This document shows positions 24,502 through 33,139 of a stretch of 64,000 nt of DNA, in pieces. The position numbers and the translations under genes were made by a program. Origin of the DNA: Clostridiales bacterium (GTDB taxonomy: Bacteria; Bacillota; Clostridia; Christensenellales; Aristaeellaceae); NCBI GenBank assembly GCA_015056085.1, contig SVHA01000006.1:11729-75728 (forward strand), read 5' to 3'. Positions within the stretch are counted from its first letter, which is position 1. Every line of letters starts with the position of its first letter. Below the pieces are notes generated by a model, which was not told the origin of the DNA, ran no database searches, and worked only from the letters and a program-made list of their open reading frames with translations.

Positions 24502-24568
24502 TCGTAATTGGCACATCCTTGCGCTGCACTGTGATGCATCGCCAAAAGTCCAAGAGGAGGTGAAAGAG

Positions 24569-24955
24569 ATGAATAGGTATGAACTGACCTACATCATCGA
24601 TACTGCACTGGAAGAGACTGCCCGTAAGGAACTGATTGAGAAAGTCTCTGCCCTGATTGCTGCTAACGGTGGTGAGGTGGAAAAGGTTGATGAGACCTGG
24701 GGCAAGCGTCGTCTGGCCTACGCCATCAACTACAAGACCGAAGGCTGGTACGTTCTGGTGACCTTCAAGGCCCCCGCTGAACTGCCCCGCGAGCTTGAGC
24801 GTAACCTCGAGATCTACGAAAGCGTGATCCGCTATCTGGTGATCAAGCTGGAAGAGAAGCGCTCCAACGTCAAGCCCCGCGCTGCGCGCCCTGTGGCTGC
24901 CGTGGAAGCTGCTCCCGCTGTGGAAGCCGCTGTCGAAGCGACTGACGCTGAGTAA
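24569..24955 (+). CDS. rpsF: 30S ribosomal protein S6
   Basis: MNRYELTYIID...WGKRRLAYAI. GAGGAGG lies upstream. ORF-track start 24365 was rejected. Confidence 0.95.
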   Translation: MNRYELTYIIDTALEETARKELIEKVSALIAANGGEVEKVDETWGKRRLAYAINYKTEGWYVLVTFKAPAELPRELERNLEIYESVIRYLVIKLEEKRSNVKPRAARPVAAVEAAPAVEAAVEATDAE

Positions 24956-24972
24956 TCCGTGAGGACAAAAGA

Positions 24973-25395
24973 ATGAACAAGATCATCCTGATTGGCAATC
25001 TGACCCGTGATCCTGAGCTGAGGACCACGCCCAACGGCATCACTGTGTGCGATTTCACCATTGCGGTGAATGACCGCCGCCGTCAGGCCGCAAATCAGCA
25101 GGACACCGCCCAGTTCTTCCGCATTTCCGCCTGGCGTCAGCTGGGTGAAAACTGCGCCCGCTATCTGGCAAAGGGTCGCCGCGTGTTTGTGTCCGGCCCC
25201 CTGACCGCCCGCACTTACCAGGCCAACGATGGTACGACCCGAGTTTCCCTCGAGGTCACTGCTGAGGACGTCGAATTCCTCACCAGCCGCGCTGAAGATC
25301 AGGCCGGTGGCTATGCCCCCGCCAACACCGCTCCCGCCCCCATGGCGCAGAGCAGCGGCTTCACGGCTGTCGAAACCGACGAACTCCCCTTCTGA
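24973..25395 (+). CDS. ssb: Single-stranded DNA-binding protein
   Basis: MNKIILIGNLTRDPELR is an OB fold. The acidic C-terminal tail ends DELPF. Confidence 0.95.
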   Translation: MNKIILIGNLTRDPELRTTPNGITVCDFTIAVNDRRRQAANQQDTAQFFRISAWRQLGENCARYLAKGRRVFVSGPLTARTYQANDGTTRVSLEVTAEDVEFLTSRAEDQAGGYAPANTAPAPMAQSSGFTAVETDELPF

Positions 25396-25429
25396 TTGAA
25401 ACGCTACAAGCCCGAAAGGAGGCTATCCC

Positions 25430-25687
25430 ATGTCTGAAGAACGCACTGAGCGTCGGCCCCGCCCCCGCGGAGGCCGTCGTCCCCGCCGGAAGGTTTGCTC
25501 CTTCTGCGTGGATAAGATCGAGTACATCGATTACAAGGATATCAACCGTCTGCGTCGCTACATGAACGAGCGCGGCAAGATCCTGCCCCGTCGTATGAGC
25601 GGCAACTGCGCCAAGCATCAGCGTCAGCTGAGTGAAGCCATCAAGCGCGCCCGTGCCATCGCGCTGCTGCCCTTCACCGTTGATTGA
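25430..25687 (+). CDS. rpsR: 30S ribosomal protein S18
   Basis: [43 protein letters not shown]. Confidence 0.95.
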   Translation: MSEERTERRPRPRGGRRPRRKVCSFCVDKIEYIDYKDINRLRRYMNERGKILPRRMSGNCAKHQRQLSEAIKRARAIALLPFTVD

Positions 25688-25715
25688 TCTTGCGTCAATT
25701 GGGTTGAAACACTTC

Positions 25716-25746
25716 CCCCTCCGGAGCAATCCGGAGGGGTTTTTTG
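25716..25746 (+). terminator. Intrinsic terminator of the rpsF operon
   Basis: cccctccgga-gcaa-tccggagggg followed by tttttt. Confidence 0.9.
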
Positions 25747-25925
25747 TGGGGCTTTGCCCCTGCACCCTTTTGCGGGGCTTTGCCCCGCACCCCACCAGGG
25801 GCTCTGCCCCTGGACCCCGGTTGGGGGCCCTGCCCCCGACACCCCTTTCTGCGGGGCTTTGCCCCGCACCCCAGCAGGGGCTCTGCCCCTGCACCCCGCA
25901 AGGGCCATTGGCCCTTGACCCATCA
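25747..25925 (+). repeat. Module A, longest array (7 tandem hairpins)
   Basis: tggggc-ttt-gcccct, gcggggc-ttt-gccccgc, caggggc-tct-gcccctg, tgggggc-cct-gccccc, gcggggc-ttt-gccccgc, gcaggggc-tct-gcccctgc and gcaagggcc-att-ggcccttg. Each is followed by (C)ACCCC. Confidence 0.9.
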
Positions 25926-25964
25926 CCCGGAAATCCTGACGGATTTCCGGGGTGTTCTTTTTTT
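25926..25964 (+). terminator. Variant terminator hairpin closing module A
   Basis: cccggaaatcc-tgac-ggatttccggg followed by gtgttcttttttt. It has the same tgac loop as the ccccaagccc hairpins but a different stem. Confidence 0.65.
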
Positions 25965-26004
25965 GAGGTAGTTTTGGACATTTGGCTTGTTTTCACCGGG
26001 GCAA

Positions 26005-26102
26005 CCAGGGGGCTTTCCGATCGGTCCGCCTCCGCTTCGCTTCGGAAACTCGCCTTCGGCGACTGCCCACTGGGCAGTTCGTTTCCCCTGGACCCCTTCG
26101 GT
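26005..26102 (+). repeat. Module B2-long
   Basis: ccagggg...cccctgg closes the same ~70-nt insert as B1-long, followed by accccttcgg. Confidence 0.85.
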
Positions 26103-26186
26103 CTGCATCCTTGTAAGTAGACTTTGCCGGAACAAAAAAACCGTTTCTCCTACAAACATACTAATACCCCTTCATCCGGAGGGAGC

Positions 26187-26247
26187 CCGAAGGTTTCCAA
26201 AGGGCGATCGGAAAGCCCTTTGGTCGCCCGTGAGGGCGAAACCCCAC
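26187..26247 (-). repeat. Module B1-short
   Basis: The plus strand reads ccgaaggtttccaaagggcgatcggaaagccctttggtcgcccgtgagggcgaaaccccac. Confidence 0.85.
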
Positions 26248-26287
26248 CTCGCACAAAGACTTGTTTTGGAGAAAAATCGTGCGACGG

Positions 26288-26637
26288 CACAAACAAAAGC
26301 CCCCTCCGGGAGGGGGCTCCGCCGTCAGGCGGTGGGGGAGCCTGCGCTGCTGCGGGTATGACCTCTTGCAAGGGATAGCGCTTGATAGGCGTTCTTTCTC
26401 AGGCCTGAGAAAGAACCAAAGAGGGCCAGAGGGGGTGTCTCAATTCATCCCACCCGGAGACACCCCCTCTGGACTCCCCCCTTTCCCCCTGTCTTGTGAG
26501 AGTTATTGGGTTGACTGCCCCACAAACGCCTCGCGGGGGCGGCCCGTTTCGGGGTCGCTCCGATGGAGTCCGTGTGCGGCGACGGAGCGCCGCACGCCGG
26601 AACTGTTGTAGAGGAGCGGGTACGAAGCGTGCTTCGG
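26288..26637 (+). repeat. Module D copy
   Basis: The invariant 47-nt hairpin is at 26426-26472. The 3' extension ggaactgttgtagaggagcgggtacgaagcgtgcttc is shared with L3. Confidence 0.9.
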
Positions 26638-26727
26638 TTTGTTGCAGGAGCGAAGTCAACTTTCAAGAGATGGGACTCCGATGATAGTTGACCGAGCAAT
26701 AAACAAAGGCTAATCCCCCATACAAAC

Positions 26728-26772
26728 AATCCCCCAAGCCCTTCAAGGCTTGGGGTGATGGGTTAAGGGCCA
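26728..26772 (-). repeat. Truncated module A (terminator-like hairpin plus half of the constant hairpin)
   Basis: aatcccccaagcccttcaaggcttggggtgatgggttaagggcc, then an abrupt junction to taagactacttgcatcc. Confidence 0.8.
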
Positions 26773-26789
26773 AATAAGACTACTTGCAT

Positions 26790-26851
26790 CCGAAGGTTTC
26801 CAAAGGGCGATCGGAAAGCCCTTTGGTCGCCCGTGAGGGCGAAACCCTCAC
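26790..26851 (-). repeat. Module B1-short
   Basis: Same sequence as 7004-7064 and 26187-26247. Confidence 0.85.
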
Positions 26852-26885
26852 CTCGCACAAAAGCACAGTATGAAAGGAAAAGCCT

Positions 26886-26921
26886 ACATACAAAACATCC
26901 CCCAAGCCCTTGGGCTTGGGG
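26886..26921 (-). terminator. Terminator-like hairpin closing module A downstream of the zinc-ribbon/TPR gene
   Basis: The minus strand reads ccccaagccc-aa-gggcttgggg followed by gatgttttgtatg. Confidence 0.5.
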
Positions 26922-27054
26922 TGATAGGTCAAGGGCCAATGGCCCTTGCGGGGTGTAGGGGCAGCGCCCCCGACTGGGGTGCGGGGCAAAGCCCCGCAAA
27001 AGGGTCCAGGGGGCATAGCCCCCTGGTGGGTTCCCCAAGGGCAAAGCCCTTGGG
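26897..27054 (-). repeat. Module A abutting stop codon 27055
   Basis: In gene sense: cccaagggc-ttt-gcccttggg, ccagggggc-tat-gccccctgg and gcggggc-ttt-gccccgc, then one imperfect unit, the constant hairpin and the terminator-like hairpin. Confidence 0.9.
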
Positions 27055-29004
27055 TCAGTGCAGATACGTCCACAAAATCGCCGTACAGGCGCCGGAGGTG
27101 TTCAGGATGTACTCCAGCTGCCAGCGGTGGCCATCGCCGGTGCTGGCGATGTAGCGGATGATCTTCGTGCCGTCTTCCTGGAGATAAATCTTGCCCTTGT
27201 CGTCGTCATCTTCATACAGGCCGCGGTTGCCAGAAGCGCTGGCGACCTGGCCCATATCCTTGAACTTGCTTACGATGTCGCTTTCCATGGAGCCGATGCC
27301 GGTGCCGCGGGGGCCGCTGAAATAACTGCTGGTGAAGCACAGATCGCCCAGCACCCAGCCGGCGGAATTGTGGATCATGGTGACATAGCCCCAGGGATAG
27401 TAATACCGCATACATTCGTGCTGCAGCAGGGATGAAGTCACTGCCTCACTGCGCTCACCTTCGCCGTGCTGGAGGAAAAATTCCTCCCGGGTGGTGGCGG
27501 TCAGTTTCATGCCGCCGATGGCGTCAGCCATCTCAAAGGGCGCCTCCGGCCAGGGCTCAGCCATGATTTTGTAGGTGATTTCCTTGGTGTTGGAGGGCTT
27601 GCCGTAGCCGTTGACGGAAACCGCCCGGAGGGTGATCTTGCGGGCGGGCAGCTTGATGGGAGTGCCATCAAAAATGGGGCTGTCAGAATCCGGCGCAGAG
27701 CCATCAATGGTGTAGTAAATCACAATGTCCTGAGCCACGGGGTCTGTCAGGGTGGATTTATAGCCGGGATTCTTTTCCAGTTCCTCATCGGTGAGTTTGC
27801 CCGGCGTCAGGCGCACGGTCTGGGACTTCTGATAGGTGTTGGGGGCCAGATTGGCCTGGGGCTGCAGGGGCGTGGGCATGAAAATCTGATAGGTGACCTG
27901 CAGCGGGTCGCTGACGAGGGTCTCGCTGACAGCCACGGCCCGCAGCACGTGCTCGCCTTCTTCGCCAAGAGGGATGGTGCCCGTGTAGAGCGTGCCGCCC
28001 TCGGGCAGAACGGCCTCGGGGTCAAAGGTGTAGTAAATATCGTAGGATTCAGCGCTGGAAAGATTCAGCGACTTTTTCTGATTGTAATAGCCGCCGATGA
28101 GGTCTACGGTGGGGATGGAGGGCAGCAGTTCGCTGCGCTGCTGCAGGAAGGTCTCCTGACCGGTTTTTTCGTAGGCGAGTTTGAGCAGCTCGGCTGCTTC
28201 CGGGTCCCGGCGCTGGCTCAGGAGAATGCGCACCATGCTGCGATAGGCCTCCGGGGCGCTGGGGGCGATCTCCGTGTAGATTTCGGTGTAGAGCGCTTCG
28301 GCTTCTTCCAGGCGGCCGTCGGCTTCATAGGCGCTGCACAGGCTCATCAGGCCGGTGACGTTGATGTTGTCCTTGCCGTCCTTTTCCCGGGCCAGCAGGA
28401 AATACTCCACTGCGCCGTCGATGTCGCCGGTGTCCAGACGTTCTTCGCCCACCTGCCACAGAGCGGCAGCCTCGGCGTCCACGCCCATGCGGGCCAGAAT
28501 CAGCTGACCGCCGGGCGTCTTGTCCAGATACATATACATCCCGAAAGCGCCCAGCAAAAGCAAAATCACCAGCGCAATGGTGACATACGCCCAGTTGACG
28601 CCGCTGAAGCGCTTCTTTTTCGCCCGGCGATGGCGCACCCGCTCGCTGCCGGGCAGAAGGCCTTCGGCGGCCAGGCTGTTGTTGACTTCCCTCAGGGAGC
28701 GGATTTTCTCCGTGCCCATGCGGTCGCCGTTTTCGTCGTAGATTTCCGGGTCGGCGTACAGGGGGATATTGGTGGAGCTGCTGCGGGCAGAGGCGTCCAC
28801 ATAGGTGCGGCTGGCGCCCCTGCGGGGTACAGGCGCCGGAGCGGGGGACACCGGGCGAGCGGGGGTGCTCCTGGAACCGGTGCGACCCTGGCGGATGTTC
28901 TGCACACCGCCGCCGGATCCTTCGTCATGGGTCAGCAGCGTCTGACACTGGGGGCAGAGAATATCCTCTGCCGTGGCGTATGCGCCGCATTTGGGACACA
29001 GCAT
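27055..29004 (-). CDS. Zinc-ribbon / single-TM / TPR protein with two chitobiase-C-like (Ig-like) repeats
   Basis: MLCPKCGAYATAEDILCPQCQ is a zinc ribbon. TM segment VTIALVILLLLGAFGMYMYL. A TPR-like segment is present, plus IYYTFDPEAVLPEGGTLYTGTIPL and IYYTIDGSAPDSDSPIFDGTPIKL. AAGGAGGG lies 7 nt upstream. Confidence 0.75.
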   Translation of the reverse strand: MLCPKCGAYATAEDILCPQCQTLLTHDEGSGGGVQNIRQGRTGSRSTPARPVSPAPAPVPRRGASRTYVDASARSSSTNIPLYADPEIYDENGDRMGTEKIRSLREVNNSLAAEGLLPGSERVRHRRAKKKRFSGVNWAYVTIALVILLLLGAFGMYMYLDKTPGGQLILARMGVDAEAAALWQVGEERLDTGDIDGAVEYFLLAREKDGKDNINVTGLMSLCSAYEADGRLEEAEALYTEIYTEIAPSAPEAYRSMVRILLSQRRDPEAAELLKLAYEKTGQETFLQQRSELLPSIPTVDLIGGYYNQKKSLNLSSAESYDIYYTFDPEAVLPEGGTLYTGTIPLGEEGEHVLRAVAVSETLVSDPLQVTYQIFMPTPLQPQANLAPNTYQKSQTVRLTPGKLTDEELEKNPGYKSTLTDPVAQDIVIYYTIDGSAPDSDSPIFDGTPIKLPARKITLRAVSVNGYGKPSNTKEITYKIMAEPWPEAPFEMADAIGGMKLTATTREEFFLQHGEGERSEAVTSSLLQHECMRYYYPWGYVTMIHNSAGWVLGDLCFTSSYFSGPRGTGIGSMESDIVSKFKDMGQVASASGNRGLYEDDDDKGKIYLQEDGTKIIRYIASTGDGHRWQLEYILNTSGACTAILWTYLH

Positions 29005-29032
29005 CCCTTCACCCTCCTTTTGTGAATTCCCC

Positions 29033-29701
29033 TCAGCGGGGGCGGTTGTTGATGGACTGACCGTTGATCATCAGGTCGAAGCTGCAGTGGAGGAATTCCG
29101 CTGCCTGTTCGCACATGATGATACGGGAGAGATAAATCTGCAGATATTCCATCACCGAGGAAGTGTCGTCCATCACCAGTTCATGGCGGATGATGCGGTT
29201 CTTCCGGTCCACGGTGACGTTGCTTTCCTGAATGGAGAAGTTGACCCGGTCGTGGATGTCGGTGGGGTCGGGCTTGCCGCCCCGGACACGGGTCTTGTGG
29301 GCGTCGGACTTATCGCCCAGAGCCAGGGCAGCGGACACAGCGCTGGAAATAAAGCCGCTCTGTTCCTCGTGGTTGCCCACAGCGGTGATGATTTCCATCA
29401 CGTCATTCATGTCCATGCCCTCTTCCTTGAGGATGGGCATGAGCAGCACGGCGCCCAGCGGGCCGTGGTTGTGGCGGTTGACGGAGTTGCCCACGTCATG
29501 CACCCAGCCGGCAATGGCAGCCAGTTCCACCTCCCGGGGGGAATACCCCAGGGATTTCAGGATGCCCGCAGCGGTGCGGCTGACATAACTGACGTGGCGC
29601 GGGCCGTGATCGGTGTATCCCAGCGCTTCCAGATAGCGGTTTCCGGCCCGGATGAGCGCCTTGATGCTTTCGCTTTGCTTGATTTCCTGCAAGGTGACCA
29701 T
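29033..29701 (-). CDS. HD domain-containing phosphohydrolase
   Basis: GPRHVSYV...GWVHDVGN provides the H...HD metal ligands. GGGAGG lies 7 nt upstream. Confidence 0.75.
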   Translation of the reverse strand: MVTLQEIKQSESIKALIRAGNRYLEALGYTDHGPRHVSYVSRTAAGILKSLGYSPREVELAAIAGWVHDVGNSVNRHNHGPLGAVLLMPILKEEGMDMNDVMEIITAVGNHEEQSGFISSAVSAALALGDKSDAHKTRVRGGKPDPTDIHDRVNFSIQESNVTVDRKNRIIRHELVMDDTSSVMEYLQIYLSRIIMCEQAAEFLHCSFDLMINGQSINNRPR

Positions 29702-29735
29702 TCAGGCACCTCCCTGACCATATTTTTCGGGGGAA

Positions 29736-30572
29736 TCAGTCTTCCTCCAGGGGATTGAGGGCGGCATACTCCGCATCCTCGTAGAATTCCCGCTCCGGCG
29801 CTTCGCCGCCCAGTTCTTCAATGGCGTTGCGGATCTCGATGAAATCCAGATACCGGCACTTGTCGTCATTGGCGGCCTTGATGAGTTCGGGCAGGGCACG
29901 GTCATCGCCCAGCTTGCCCAGATAGGAGGCAAACAGCGCGCGGCGGGTGGGGTTTTCACGGAATAAACGCATGGCAAGGTTGAAAACCTGCTCGTTGCCG
30001 GGGAAATTCACCAGCACGTCCAGCATGGCTTCCTGACCGGCATTGTTGGCATGGGGCAGGGCGGACAGCAGGGGCTGCAGCACGGCGCCGCCCATTTCCT
30101 TCAGGCTTTCGATGGCGTTGTCGCACATTTCGTCCTTGTCCCTGCGCTTGAGCTGCCAGTCGATGTAAATCATCTTGGGCAGGGTGGATTCCATCTCCCG
30201 CAGAAGGCCGATGGCGGTCATCTTCGCTTCTTCGGGGACGGTGCCCTCCTCGTCTTTCAGCAGGGCCACCAGACGCTTTTCGCAGGGCTTGCCCACATTC
30301 ACGATCTGCTCCAGAAGCATATCCGGCACGGGGATTTCCTTTACGCAGTACTGGATGAGCCAGTCTACCAGATCCTTGGGGTCCTCAAACTGAGTGAAGT
30401 AGGCGCCGGGAGTCACGCCGTCCAGCCATTTGGCGGGCGTGTTGAGGAAGGTCATGTACACCCGGGGCATATCCTCCTCCATGGCGTCGAAGTTGCGGTA
30501 TTCCGCTTGATGGTCCTTCATCCACTGGGAGGTAAATTCAGCGAAATGGGCGTCAAAATTCACACACTTCAT
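29736..30572 (-). CDS. Hypothetical protein (HEAT/ARM-like helical repeats in the C-terminal half)
   Basis: 278-aa acidic helical protein. Starts 2 nt after the upstream gene stop. No catalytic motif recognised. Confidence 0.55.
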   Translation of the reverse strand: MKCVNFDAHFAEFTSQWMKDHQAEYRNFDAMEEDMPRVYMTFLNTPAKWLDGVTPGAYFTQFEDPKDLVDWLIQYCVKEIPVPDMLLEQIVNVGKPCEKRLVALLKDEEGTVPEEAKMTAIGLLREMESTLPKMIYIDWQLKRRDKDEMCDNAIESLKEMGGAVLQPLLSALPHANNAGQEAMLDVLVNFPGNEQVFNLAMRLFRENPTRRALFASYLGKLGDDRALPELIKAANDDKCRYLDFIEIRNAIEELGGEAPEREFYEDAEYAALNPLEED

Positions 30573-30574
30573 GG

Positions 30575-32182
30575 TTAACCCTCTTTCTGTGTTTCCTGTG
30601 ATTCCATTGGTGGGGGATAAGCGTCGTCAGTGCCTTCAGCATCCCGCACAAGGGCAAAGATGCAGCGCCATGTGCGGCGGGATATGTCCTGCTTTGTCAT
30701 GTCATCCGGGGCCATCTGCCCCGTCATCATCAGGAAGGCCAGTTCCATGGCGTAAACCCATTCCTGGGGGTGGCGCATGGCGGCGTCCTCCCGCTGGGAG
30801 TGGGTGAGCCCCTGCCACCGCTCACGGGCGAAGAGGACGGCGTCGCTATTCTGATTGAGGCGGTTGATCCGCCCCAGATACCGCCGGAGGAACAGCGACC
30901 AGAACTTCATGGGCTCCGTCAGACGGCGGGCGCAGTCCACCGTCAGCACCCGGCCCTGGGACATCACCCGCACGGGATCGGGGTCGTTCAGCCGCCGCAG
31001 GTGATCGATCAGTTTCGTCTTGACGTTAGGGTGAGCGGAGGGGAGCATCAGCACCTGCCGGATGTACCGGCGGGTTTCCTCACCGCCACGGCAGATAAGG
31101 CCTGCAGCGGCGATCTCCTGCATGGGCGGCAATCCCCGGCAGAAGGCCCAGTCCAGCGCCCGGCGGGTTTCGCTTTCAGGCGACAGGAAGCCTTCCGGCT
31201 CGTCCTGGCTCACGGCCAGGCGCATCAGGTGGGGGCGATGCACCTCAAAGGCGGCCTTCCGCAGTTCGGGGCCGAAGCCCGGCGCCGTTTCCGGGCGCTC
31301 CCGGTGCCAGTTGCACAGCGTCAGCGCCTCGGTGTCCATGGGGTCCACCCGCAAAAGCCGCTGGGCGGCCTGCAGGGCGGTTTCCCGCTTGCCCAGATGC
31401 CACGCCGCCTCCGCCAGCTGCCGCAAAAGCACGGCACGGTAGGGCGTGCGGGCAAGACGCCTGGTCAGGAAGGCTTCTGCCTCCTTCCATGCGCCGAAAA
31501 GCCTGAGAGTGTCCACGCAGGATTGCACCTGGGGGATGGTTTCGCAGTCTTTCTCGCAGCGGATGATCCCTGCCATGGCGGCCCGGGGGTATCCGGCGGC
31601 AAACATCAGCCGATAGAGCAGCATCTGTGCGGGAATGTCCGCCGGCTGGAATTTCACCGCCCGCAGGGAATACAGCAGCGCCTTTTTCATATCCCGGTGG
31701 GACAGATAATGGAGCGCCAGCCGGTGATAGACCTTGGGGGCCATGTCCGGCAGGTGCAGGCAGCGCCGAAAGCGCTTTTTCGCCAGAGCAGTTTCGCCGC
31801 TTTCCAGGGCATGAAAGGCCCGGTGGAGCAGTTTCTCGCCCCGCATGGGCAGGGGCATTCCCTCCTGGGGGGCAGGCAGGGAGACGGCTCCTTCATAGAG
31901 GGCGTTCATGCAGCGGCCCAGTTCCAGCCAGGCGTCCTCCGGGGCGTCTTCCCGGCCCAGCAGCTGGCAGAGCACCTCGGTGGCCTGCTCGTAGCACGAG
32001 GCGGCCTGCAGCTGCTGCGCCAGACGCAGCCAATCCGCCGGACGATCCTCCTGCCGGGCCAGATGCCTCGTCAGTTCGATGGCGTCTGCGGGGCTGCGGC
32101 GGGCATTTTTCAGCGCACTGCGCCTGATGGCTTCCGGTGACCGGTTAAAGGGCACCACCTGACCCATGCGCTTGCTGCTCAT
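30575..32182 (-). CDS. Hypothetical protein, TPR-like helical repeats
   Basis: 535-aa Arg/Leu/Ala-rich helical protein with several TPR-like A..Y..A segments. In an operon with Hsp33 and the following gene. Confidence 0.55.
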   Translation of the reverse strand: MSSKRMGQVVPFNRSPEAIRRSALKNARRSPADAIELTRHLARQEDRPADWLRLAQQLQAASCYEQATEVLCQLLGREDAPEDAWLELGRCMNALYEGAVSLPAPQEGMPLPMRGEKLLHRAFHALESGETALAKKRFRRCLHLPDMAPKVYHRLALHYLSHRDMKKALLYSLRAVKFQPADIPAQMLLYRLMFAAGYPRAAMAGIIRCEKDCETIPQVQSCVDTLRLFGAWKEAEAFLTRRLARTPYRAVLLRQLAEAAWHLGKRETALQAAQRLLRVDPMDTEALTLCNWHRERPETAPGFGPELRKAAFEVHRPHLMRLAVSQDEPEGFLSPESETRRALDWAFCRGLPPMQEIAAAGLICRGGEETRRYIRQVLMLPSAHPNVKTKLIDHLRRLNDPDPVRVMSQGRVLTVDCARRLTEPMKFWSLFLRRYLGRINRLNQNSDAVLFARERWQGLTHSQREDAAMRHPQEWVYAMELAFLMMTGQMAPDDMTKQDISRRTWRCIFALVRDAEGTDDAYPPPMESQETQKEG

Positions 32183-32203
32183 GCCTTCCCCCTGATAAAA
32201 GTG

Positions 32204-33127
32204 TTACGGACGGGACGCCCGCTGGTACAGATCCTTGAGTTCTTCGGTAGTAAACTGATACTGGGAGTGGCAGAAATGGCAGCCCAGTTCTGCGCCCAGG
32301 TCTTCCTCGATGAGGTTGGTCAGTTCCTTGCGGCCCAGGGAAATGAGCGCCTTTTCCATGCGCTGACGGGAGCAGGTGCAGCGGTATGCAAGTGGCGTGC
32401 GCTCCAGCACCACGGGCTTCATGCCACGGAACCAGTCCTCCAGCAGCTGCTCCTTCTCTGCAAAGGTCATCTCCCTGCTGATGTCGGCAAACATGGGGCT
32501 GCGAAGTTCCAGCTGGTCGATGGTGGATTCTTCGCACCCGGGCATGGGCTGAATCAGCAGACCGCCGGCCTTAAGCACCGCATCGCCGCTGACCAGCACG
32601 CCCAGCGCCACCAGGGAGGGCGTCTGCTCGGAGGAGGTGAAATAGTTGGCAAAGTCGATGGCCAGTTCGCCGCTGACCAGTTCGCACTGACCCACATAGG
32701 GCTCCCTCATGCCCAGATCCTTCACCACGCTCAGGCGGCCTTCGCTGCCCACGGCGGCGCCCACGTTGAGTTTGCCGTCTTCCCTAAGAGGCAGTTCTAC
32801 CTGAGGATTATCCGCATACACCTTCAGGTCGCCGTGGTTGGCCACAGCCACCAGCGTGCCCATGGGGCCGCCGCCCTTGACCGTCACCGTCACGGATTCG
32901 TCCTCGCCCTTCATCATCACGCCCAGCATGGAGGTGGCCGTCATCAGGCGGCCCATGGCGGCGGTGCACACAGGCGTGGCGTTGTGGATGTCCGCAGCCT
33001 TCTGGCACATGGCGGTGGTTTCGCACATCATCACCCGCACCTGTCCGTCCATCAGGGACAGGCGGATCATCTCGTCGCCTTCCCGGCGCTCAATGGGGGC
33101 GATGTTCTCGTTGACTTGCGTATTCAT
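32204..33127 (-). CDS. hslO: Hsp33 family redox-regulated chaperone
   Basis: C-terminal zinc centre CTCSRQRM...CHFCHSQYQF. ATG 33127 lies 8 nt after AAGGAG, whereas ORF-track ATG 33133 is only 2 nt after it. Confidence 0.9.
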   Translation of the reverse strand: MNTQVNENIAPIERREGDEMIRLSLMDGQVRVMMCETTAMCQKAADIHNATPVCTAAMGRLMTATSMLGVMMKGEDESVTVTVKGGGPMGTLVAVANHGDLKVYADNPQVELPLREDGKLNVGAAVGSEGRLSVVKDLGMREPYVGQCELVSGELAIDFANYFTSSEQTPSLVALGVLVSGDAVLKAGGLLIQPMPGCEESTIDQLELRSPMFADISREMTFAEKEQLLEDWFRGMKPVVLERTPLAYRCTCSRQRMEKALISLGRKELTNLIEEDLGAELGCHFCHSQYQFTTEELKDLYQRASRP

Positions 33128-33139
33128 CTTCATTTCTCC

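Larger units (their letters stand above)
25747..27054. repeat. Mosaic hairpin-repeat locus L4 (between rpsR and the convergent zinc-ribbon/TPR gene)
   Basis: Order is A(+), a variant terminator hairpin, B2-long(+), B1-short(-), D(+), partial A(-), B1-short(-), A(-). Confidence 0.9.

Noticed and set aside
24502-24568. rpsF 5' leader as the S6:S18-binding autoregulatory RNA.
   Set aside because: The position is right and such a leader is established in Firmicutes. I could not verify the conserved motif by eye, so it is mentioned only in the promoter evidence.
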